A DNA stretch of 64,000 nucleotides from a virus, in IMG/VR virus record IMGVR_UViG_3300038309_000252, positions 1 to 64,000 of that record; one strand, given 5' to 3'. The notes below the pieces were generated by a model, which ran no database searches, had not been told where the DNA came from, and saw only the letters and a list, made by a program, of their open reading frames with translations. Below, piece by piece: positions 57,962 to 64,000 of this stretch. Made by a program: the position numbers and the translations under genes. Position 1 is the stretch's first letter. Each line of letters starts with the position of its first letter.

Positions 57962-58294
57962 TCAATGCCCAATTACAATATTGCCGTTCCTTAAAAAACC
58001 AACTGCGGTTTCATCTACCCAGGTTGGATTATGTTCGCGAAAATATGATTCCAGATTGTTTTTTTCCACATCAGTTGTTGGTGCAGGAATCCTGGCAAGA
58101 AGTAACGCTTTTTCTAAATTGATTTCAGAAAAATCGGTTTGAAACTCTTCAGGATCAAGTTCTATATTCTCATGATACATTTTTGCGTAATCACGTAAAT
58201 ATATGTAGATCGCTTCAGCAGCTTCCCTAGACCAATGATTTTTCACATTGATGATGTGATAGAAATCATCAAAGCTGTGTACAATTTCGCCCAT
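57962..58294 (-). CDS. Intact paralogue 1 of the small phage protein family
   Basis: WSREAAEAIYIYL..IELDP..FSEINL..ARIPAP..NPTW..NGNIVI; SD GAGG. Confidence 0.75.
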   Translation of the reverse strand: MGEIVHSFDDFYHIINVKNHWSREAAEAIYIYLRDYAKMYHENIELDPEEFQTDFSEINLEKALLLARIPAPTTDVEKNNLESYFREHNPTWVDETAVGFLRNGNIVIGH

Positions 58295-58326
58295 CTCAAA
58301 TACCTCTTGCTTAACTTGATGTGATT

Positions 58327-58355
58327 ATAATAGCAAAGACAAAATGAATTGTCAA
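58327..58355 (-). promoter_or_regulatory. Sigma70-type promoter for paralogue 1
   Basis: Minus strand TTGACA-17 nt-TATTAT(AAT) with TG extension. Confidence 0.7.
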
Positions 58356-58370
58356 CTGTCCACTAATCAT

Positions 58371-59513
58371 TCACTGCTTGCTTGATTCTTGCTTGTCGAG
58401 AAGATGTTTGATGGCATCAAATATTTTTTCTGTTCTATTAATTATTTTATATTGATATTTGCTGTCTAATTTGGATAATCTAGAAAAAAGTATCGACATT
58501 TCTGTTCTTATTATGTTCTCATTATCTTGCAACCATGGATTAATTTCAGTATAACCAATCAATTCTGCATTATTTTTCATAATGTTTAATTCGTTCAATG
58601 CACCATCATTATCATAATCCATGTTATCGCCATCAGAAGCATAGAAAAAGTAACATGAATAACCTTTTGGAATATATTGTTCTTGAAGAATTGAATTGGC
58701 TAATTTGAAACAACTAGATGCTGAAGTTCCACCAGTAGCAGATACTTGAAAAAATTGTTCTTCCTCAAATTGCCATGCTTCATCTGTATGCGCCAGAAAA
58801 ACTACTTCTACATTCTTGTATGTTCTTCTGATACCTTGCAGCATCCAAAAGAAAAATGACTTTGCTAAAATACGATGGGTATCTGTCATTGAACCAGATA
58901 CATCAAGACCGAATACACAGACCGCTTTCGAATCAGGTACAGGTTTTTGCCTAATTTGCCTGAACCTCAAATCTTCATTTATGATAGCTGGTTGATCGTC
59001 AGAAATAGAGCGCCTTTTAATTGCTTCTTTCAAGGTTCTTCTACGATCCAGTCGCGACCGAGCGCCTTTCTTGTCTATGCCTTCTTTTACCCATTCCTGC
59101 TCTGAAACGTTTCCTGAAGTCTTTTTGAGGTCTGGTAATTTTAATTCTTCCCATAACCAATCTACAACTTCATCCAAAGACATTTCAATGGCAAAGGATA
59201 TTTCACCTTGACCTGAACCTCCTTGACCTTGTTGTCCTTGTTGATCAGCAGGTTTTAATTTGTCTCCTGATTTAGTATCACCTTGTCCAACACCTGTTTC
59301 TTCATCTGGATTTAATAATTTAAACCGATAATGTTGCAACATTTTGATTGGCAATTGAAACTTTTGATCCTTGGAAACTGTACCATTGACAATTTCAGGT
59401 ATCCCTAAAGTAATTTGTTCTTTGATCTTTTGATTATGCCTAGACCAGTCTTTAAGACCTCGTGAAAACAAATCAAACCATTTGATATTGGTTGTATCAA
59501 AAGAACTAATCAT
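58371..59513 (-). CDS. yeaH: YeaH/YhbH (DUF444) family vWA-like protein
   Basis: WLWEELKLPDL, LDRRRTLKEAIKR, EDLRFR, LDVSGSM, GGTSASS and YASDGDN motifs; start placed at ATG 59513 (SD GAGG). Confidence 0.85.
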   Translation of the reverse strand: MISSFDTTNIKWFDLFSRGLKDWSRHNQKIKEQITLGIPEIVNGTVSKDQKFQLPIKMLQHYRFKLLNPDEETGVGQGDTKSGDKLKPADQQGQQGQGGSGQGEISFAIEMSLDEVVDWLWEELKLPDLKKTSGNVSEQEWVKEGIDKKGARSRLDRRRTLKEAIKRRSISDDQPAIINEDLRFRQIRQKPVPDSKAVCVFGLDVSGSMTDTHRILAKSFFFWMLQGIRRTYKNVEVVFLAHTDEAWQFEEEQFFQVSATGGTSASSCFKLANSILQEQYIPKGYSCYFFYASDGDNMDYDNDGALNELNIMKNNAELIGYTEINPWLQDNENIIRTEMSILFSRLSKLDSKYQYKIINRTEKIFDAIKHLLDKQESSKQ

Positions 59514-59527
59514 GTTTAACCTCAAAT

Positions 59528-60703
59528 TCAATTTTTTTCAAGAAAAAATAAATATTCCGTTACATCCAATATAGAATCCATAATTTTATCCTTATACCTT
59601 TTAGTTTTATATTTTTTATAATTGATATCAATTTTTTCTAATTTTCCATATTTTTTTAATGTATCGATCATATCATTTAATTCAATTAATCCACCACTAC
59701 TATATGATAAAAGGATATATGGGGAATTAGTATCATTAATTAATTGATTAATTGATTCTAATGCTGTTTTTTTATTATTATATGATGATGAATTTGATTC
59801 TACTATAGGAGCACCAACAATATTAGTTATTTTATCTGGTCTTTTATAATCAAGAAAAAGATTAAACATAAAATATTGCTTTGAATATTTTCCAACTGTA
59901 TATGGTGGATCAAAATAGGCAAAGTCTAATTCATGAATATTTTTAATAACTGAATTAATATTATCTTTATACACTACAAATTCACTTTCAAAATTACTTA
60001 ATATCGGTAGTTCCAATATTATTGGTTTTAATATTCTATTTAAAATTGAATTATTTGCATATGTTCCACCAAATTTGCCTATACCTGTATTTTTATTTTT
60101 TAAAAATGCTGTAAAATGACCAACAGTGTTAACGTTCTTTGACATCTTATTAAATAATGGACCATACAAATATTTTTGTTTATCTTCTGGAATATCATTG
60201 ATTCCTTGTCTGAATGAGTCAAGTCTTTTGGCATTATAATTAGTAAAAAACACTCGCTCATTTGGTTGAATATCATTATCGTCTTTTGGTGCATATAGTT
60301 CTTCAATAAATCCAGGTGGATAATAATTTGTTTCAAACCTGTGATTTAATAATTCAATATATTCTAACAATTCTTTTTTATCAACTTGACTATGATTACT
60401 TAAATAACACTCTGAAATAACTGAAGCATAATTTTCTTGATCACATGTATAAATTAATTCACTATGTTTTTTCAGTAATCTAGAAATTACTCCAGAACCA
60501 GAAAACCCATCTAAAGTTTTCATTCTTTTTTTATTTAATTTTTTTGATACCTTTAATATTGCCTCTTCAATCAATGGAAGAAACTTTCTTTTATTTCCAA
60601 AATAAGCTATTAATTGTGAAGTTAAATAATCTTTATTTTCCGCAGTATTTTCTGGAAATATGTAATTATAATCCACATTGTCTATATTATTTTCAATAAT
60701 CAT
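59528..60703 (-). CDS. Orphan DNA adenine methyltransferase (Dam/FokI-type, DPPY)
   Basis: YFGNKRK, DGFSGSGVIS, YFDPPY and ILLSYSSGG motifs. Confidence 0.85.
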   Translation of the reverse strand: MIIENNIDNVDYNYIFPENTAENKDYLTSQLIAYFGNKRKFLPLIEEAILKVSKKLNKKRMKTLDGFSGSGVISRLLKKHSELIYTCDQENYASVISECYLSNHSQVDKKELLEYIELLNHRFETNYYPPGFIEELYAPKDDNDIQPNERVFFTNYNAKRLDSFRQGINDIPEDKQKYLYGPLFNKMSKNVNTVGHFTAFLKNKNTGIGKFGGTYANNSILNRILKPIILELPILSNFESEFVVYKDNINSVIKNIHELDFAYFDPPYTVGKYSKQYFMFNLFLDYKRPDKITNIVGAPIVESNSSSYNNKKTALESINQLINDTNSPYILLSYSSGGLIELNDMIDTLKKYGKLEKIDINYKKYKTKRYKDKIMDSILDVTEYLFFLEKN

Positions 60704-60757
60704 GATTAACTCCAATTGTTTGATTCATGTCCTTATTATTTTATTAGATTGTTTAAA

Positions 60758-61189
60758 TTATACGCTCGTATAATTTATCCCACAATTTGTTGAATAAATT
60801 ATACGCTTTACACCATTCTTTGTTAATGAATCAAAACAAATAGCACAAGGAAATGATAATCCTAAAGATCCTTGTCTTTTAATCCTTATACATATTGCAG
60901 TATGAATATCTTGTGTTATTTGGTTTGCCTTTATAATAGCATGTACTTCAGCATGTAAAAATATACGTGATGGAAAATGCTGCTTTGCATATAGTGCTTG
61001 AATAGGATGTGTTTTCTTACAATTATTACAAGCATATGTAATAATGTTATGTCTCTTATCAAGTAATATACAAGAATGCTTAAATTGATCAGCATCCTCA
61101 TTATTAGAAGCTAGTTCTATAGCTTTATTTATTGCCCTAGTCAACTTTTTGTTCAATTTTAACCCATAATTAAGGTGATTTCTATGCAA
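60758..61189 (-). CDS. Zn-dependent cytidine/dCMP deaminase-like protein (start uncertain, possibly 61156)
   Basis: HAE...PCAIC zinc motif. Confidence 0.75.
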   Translation of the reverse strand: MHRNHLNYGLKLNKKLTRAINKAIELASNNEDADQFKHSCILLDKRHNIITYACNNCKKTHPIQALYAKQHFPSRIFLHAEVHAIIKANQITQDIHTAICIRIKRQGSLGLSFPCAICFDSLTKNGVKRIIYSTNCGINYTSV

Positions 61190-61720
61190 AAATTAACTTG
61201 TCCGATTCCAGAAAATATTAATCCAATTCAAAATAGTGGTTTTAATTTCAGTATCCTTAAACTACCAGAAATACAATATTTTTGTCAAGAGGTTAATCTT
61301 CCAAGTCTATCAATATCTGCTGCTGAAGGATATGTTACACCATTAGTAAATATAATGCATCCTGGTGACAAAATCACGTTTGAAACATTAGAAGTCCAAT
61401 TCATGATTGATGAAGGATTCGTCAATTATACAGCAATATACAATTGGATTATTGGTCTAGGGTTTCCAGAATCACATAGTCAATTTGCTGATTTTATTAC
61501 CAAAAATACTTCAGGTGTTTCAAATACTCCAACATTAGCTTCTGTATCTGACGCTATGTTGCATATATTATCACCTTCTGGTAAAATAGTCAAGTCAATT
61601 AGATTTATTGATGTGTTTCCTGTTAGCTTATCATCTGTAACATTATCATCCACAACTTCTGATGTATCCTATATTGTAGGAACTTCATCATTCGCCTATA
61701 CATATTATAAGTTTGAATGA
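61184..61720 (+). CDS. gp3: Tail completion/sheath stabilizer gp3-like
   Basis: FNFSILKLPEIQYFCQEVNLP, PGDKITFETL..IDE..NY..YNW, SDAML and FPVSLS motifs; directly before uvsY. Confidence 0.85.
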   Translation: MQKLTCPIPENINPIQNSGFNFSILKLPEIQYFCQEVNLPSLSISAAEGYVTPLVNIMHPGDKITFETLEVQFMIDEGFVNYTAIYNWIIGLGFPESHSQFADFITKNTSGVSNTPTLASVSDAMLHILSPSGKIVKSIRFIDVFPVSLSSVTLSSTTSDVSYIVGTSSFAYTYYKFE

Positions 61721-61730
61721 GGATTAGTTT

Positions 61731-62171
61731 ATGCTTTCAATTGATGACATTATTGATTTATGGAATAATGATTGTATAATAGATTCAAACCAACTTGGTA
61801 ATGCATCAACATCTACAGCTAAATTACATGCAAAGTATATTAGTATGTTAATTCCAGCTAAACTGAAAAAGACTCAATTAGAAGCTCATTATAATACCAC
61901 AAAAAAACTTAAAATTAAATACTATCGCGGAGAAATGTCTAAAGAAGAATTAAAAGAAAACAATTGGGATCAATATCAATTTAATAAACCTTTGAAAGCA
62001 GAAATTGATGATATTTTACGTGGGGATGATGATTTGATTAAAATAACTTCTCGTATTGAATATATGGATCATATGATTTATTTATTAGAGTCTATTCTAG
62101 GGCAAATTAAGCAGCGTGATTTTCAAGTATCTAATCATATAAAGTGGAAGCAATTCCTTGCTGGAAATTGA
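61731..62171 (+). CDS. uvsY: Recombination mediator UvsY
   Basis: W..D..ID..LHAKY..KIKYYRGE..IKQRDFQVSNHIKWKQFLAG. Confidence 0.9.
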   Translation: MLSIDDIIDLWNNDCIIDSNQLGNASTSTAKLHAKYISMLIPAKLKKTQLEAHYNTTKKLKIKYYRGEMSKEELKENNWDQYQFNKPLKAEIDDILRGDDDLIKITSRIEYMDHMIYLLESILGQIKQRDFQVSNHIKWKQFLAGN

Positions 62172-62179
62172 GGTCGATT

Positions 62180-63580
62180 ATGGAAATTATATCTGTTGAA
62201 AAAATTAATGAAGTTTTTATGCATGTTACATCATCAGAAGATATAGAACAACAGATAAAAGATACATTTACCTATGAATATCCTGGAGCAAGATATACTC
62301 CACAATTCAAAAAAAGGATTTGGGATGGAAAAGTTTGTCTATATCATACACAAAGAAAGGTATTATATCTTGGTCTTTTAGGTGAATTACAGCAATTCGC
62401 TAATAAGTTTCAATATCAAATTGAATATAAAAATGAAGTAATATCTAAACCAAATAACTGTTCATTTGAAGAAATTAATCAATACGTAAATAGTCTTAAA
62501 ATTGCCTCTAAAGACAATTTATTAGATGTAAGAGATTATCAGTTAGAAGCTATCCATAAAGGTTTATTTCATAAAAGAATTGTTCTTTTAAGTCCAACTG
62601 GTTCTGGAAAATCATTGATCATATATGCAATGATGAGATGGTTAACAGAACAAGGGTTAAAAGTAATTATTGTAGTTCCAACAACAACACTTGTTGAGCA
62701 ACTTTATAGCGATTTTCAAGATTATTCCTCTATAAACAAATGGAGTGTAGAAGATCATTGTCAAAAGTTATATTATGGATTTCCTAAGAAGTTTGATAGA
62801 AATATATTGATTTCTACCTGGCAATCCATCTATAAACAACCTAAAGAATGGTTTCAGCAATTTAATGCTATTATTGGTGATGAAGCACACCAATTCAAAG
62901 CAAAAAGTTTAACAACAATCATGGAAAGATTGATTAATGTTGAATATAAAATTGGAACAACAGGGTCTGTAGACAACAAAAAACTAAATCATCTAATTTT
63001 GCAAGGTATATTTGGAGCAATTCATAAAGTTGTTTCTACAAAGCAATTACAAGATAAAGGACAATTAGCTAATCTTGAAATAACAAGACTTGTATTAGAA
63101 CATTCTGATGACATGCAACCTATGGATATAAATCAAGAAATCGATTTCTTGATTAAAAACCAAAGAAGAAATAAGTTTATTGTTAATCTAGCTGATCAAT
63201 GCAAAGGAAATACTCTTATTTTATTCCAATATGTTGAAAAGCATGGAAATGTATTATATGAGTTATTAAAATCTAAGATAACTAATAGACCAATATATTA
63301 TATTCATGGTCAAACAGAAGTTTCTACAAGAGAAAAAATCAGAAAGATATTATCCTCTGATAAAATTGTTTTAACCTTTGGTGATCATGAAATAACAATA
63401 CAATATGATGAAGATGTTAGAATGATTGATCAATCTATTAAGAAAGGTGAAACGATTACTACAGAAGATAATATCTGTCCACAATGGGTTTATCTTAAAA
63501 TGCAACAACAAAATAATATGAATCTCATGAGTAACATGAACATTAGAACTACTTTAGAGGAATTTTGTAATGAAACCTGA
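62180..63580 (+). CDS. uvsW: UvsW helicase, N-terminal part (motifs I-IV)
   Basis: WDGKVCLY, RDYQ, SPTGSGKSLI, DEAHQFKAKSL, GTTGS and YVEKHG motifs; lacks motifs V-VI. Confidence 0.88.
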   Translation: MEIISVEKINEVFMHVTSSEDIEQQIKDTFTYEYPGARYTPQFKKRIWDGKVCLYHTQRKVLYLGLLGELQQFANKFQYQIEYKNEVISKPNNCSFEEINQYVNSLKIASKDNLLDVRDYQLEAIHKGLFHKRIVLLSPTGSGKSLIIYAMMRWLTEQGLKVIIVVPTTTLVEQLYSDFQDYSSINKWSVEDHCQKLYYGFPKKFDRNILISTWQSIYKQPKEWFQQFNAIIGDEAHQFKAKSLTTIMERLINVEYKIGTTGSVDNKKLNHLILQGIFGAIHKVVSTKQLQDKGQLANLEITRLVLEHSDDMQPMDINQEIDFLIKNQRRNKFIVNLADQCKGNTLILFQYVEKHGNVLYELLKSKITNRPIYYIHGQTEVSTREKIRKILSSDKIVLTFGDHEITIQYDEDVRMIDQSIKKGETITTEDNICPQWVYLKMQQQNNMNLMSNMNIRTTLEEFCNET

Positions 63581-63890
63581 TAAGATAACTAAAAAATCTA
63601 TCAATGCAATAATTATTGCTTCTTATGGAACAACTAGTACAGGTATTAATATTCCAACTCTAGAAAATATTATTTTTGCATCACCAACTAGTTCTATTAT
63701 TAGAGTGTTGCAATCTATTGGTAGAGGTCTTAGAGTTACAAAAACAAAAACAAAATGTAAGTTATTTGATATAGTAGACCACATAAATTGTCTAGGAAAA
63801 GATAATATAACATATAGACAAGGAATTGCACGTCTAAAAATCTATAACGACGAAGAATTTCAAATAAAAACTATAAAGGTTAAAATATGA
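63570..63890 (+). CDS. uvsW: UvsW helicase, C-terminal part (motifs V-VI)
   Basis: IIIASYGTTSTGINIP..IIFASP..RVLQSIGRGLR..LFDIVD; own SD GAGGA. Confidence 0.85.
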   Translation: MKPDKITKKSINAIIIASYGTTSTGINIPTLENIIFASPTSSIIRVLQSIGRGLRVTKTKTKCKLFDIVDHINCLGKDNITYRQGIARLKIYNDEEFQIKTIKVKI

Positions 63891-64000
63891 TATTACCACC
63901 AGTAGTGGTCTTAACTACAATTGCTAATGAGTACATTGTTGGATTTTATCATGGTGAGCATGTGGAAAATGAAATTAATTTAACATTAATTGAATTACCA
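63887..64000 (+). CDS. Hypothetical protein, truncated by window end
   Basis: ATGA overlap with the uvsW stop; MILPPVVVLTTIANEYIVG.., open to the window end. Confidence 0.55.
   Translation, partial: MILPPVVVLTTIANEYIVGFYHGEHVENEINLTLIELP

Noticed and set aside
3041-60336. Short antisense or out-of-frame ORFs inside long genes (for example 4265-4621, 11977-12288, 16085-16471, 44319-44672, 50338-50844)
   Set aside because: They are shadows of confidently assigned genes, with no motifs or ribosome-binding sites.
63340-63620. Functional split intein in uvsW
   Set aside because: No block A nucleophile, and no terminal Asn followed by Cys, Ser or Thr.
1-64000. Stop-codon reassignment as the cause of the split genes
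   Set aside because: Core genes are full length in code 11 and end with TAA, TAG or TGA. Both splits (11957/11981 and 63570/63580) involve a frame change, not an in-frame stop.
1-64000. tRNA or rRNA genes
   Set aside because: Intergenic spaces are short and AT-rich, and no cloverleaf or T-loop pattern was recognised by eye; tRNAscan-SE would be needed to confirm.

Overview
AT-rich segment of a large T4-like myovirus genome, with a gene style closer to cyanophage or environmental T4-like phages than to T4 itself. It reads with the standard genetic code, and the host is probably a proteobacterium (inferred). 260-22434: baseplate and tail genes (gp25, gp6, gp7, gp8, a VrlC/DUF4815-type protein split into two ORFs, a vWA-tipped fibre and a second fibre module). 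Next come a holin-like gene with a tandem-PAS gene, then a late operon (23.7-33.6 kb) with a small terminator-gated subunit and a tandemly duplicated four-gene cassette. 33620-48467: neck, terminase (class 3 intein, no adjacent gp16), sheath, tube, portal, protease, scaffold and major capsid genes, with one nuclease/GNAT-like insertion after gp18 and a second after gp23. 48549-61.2 kb is an accessory island: PAS-HAMP-MCP chemoreceptor, speD, an orphan type I methyltransferase between two half-size HsdS genes, a PilX-like minor pilin, three decaying paralogues, YeaH/DUF444, a second adenine MTase and a deaminase. The core then resumes with gp3, uvsY and a split uvsW. The strongest leads are (i) a non-coding modular repeat array with a near-consensus sigma70 promoter pointing into it, present as inverted copies about 38 kb apart, (ii) phage-encoded host sensing and motility parts (MCP, PilX, PAS), (iii) the half-HsdS methylation module and (iv) the duplicated appendage operon. 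All family assignments come from recognising motifs by eye; no database searches were run.
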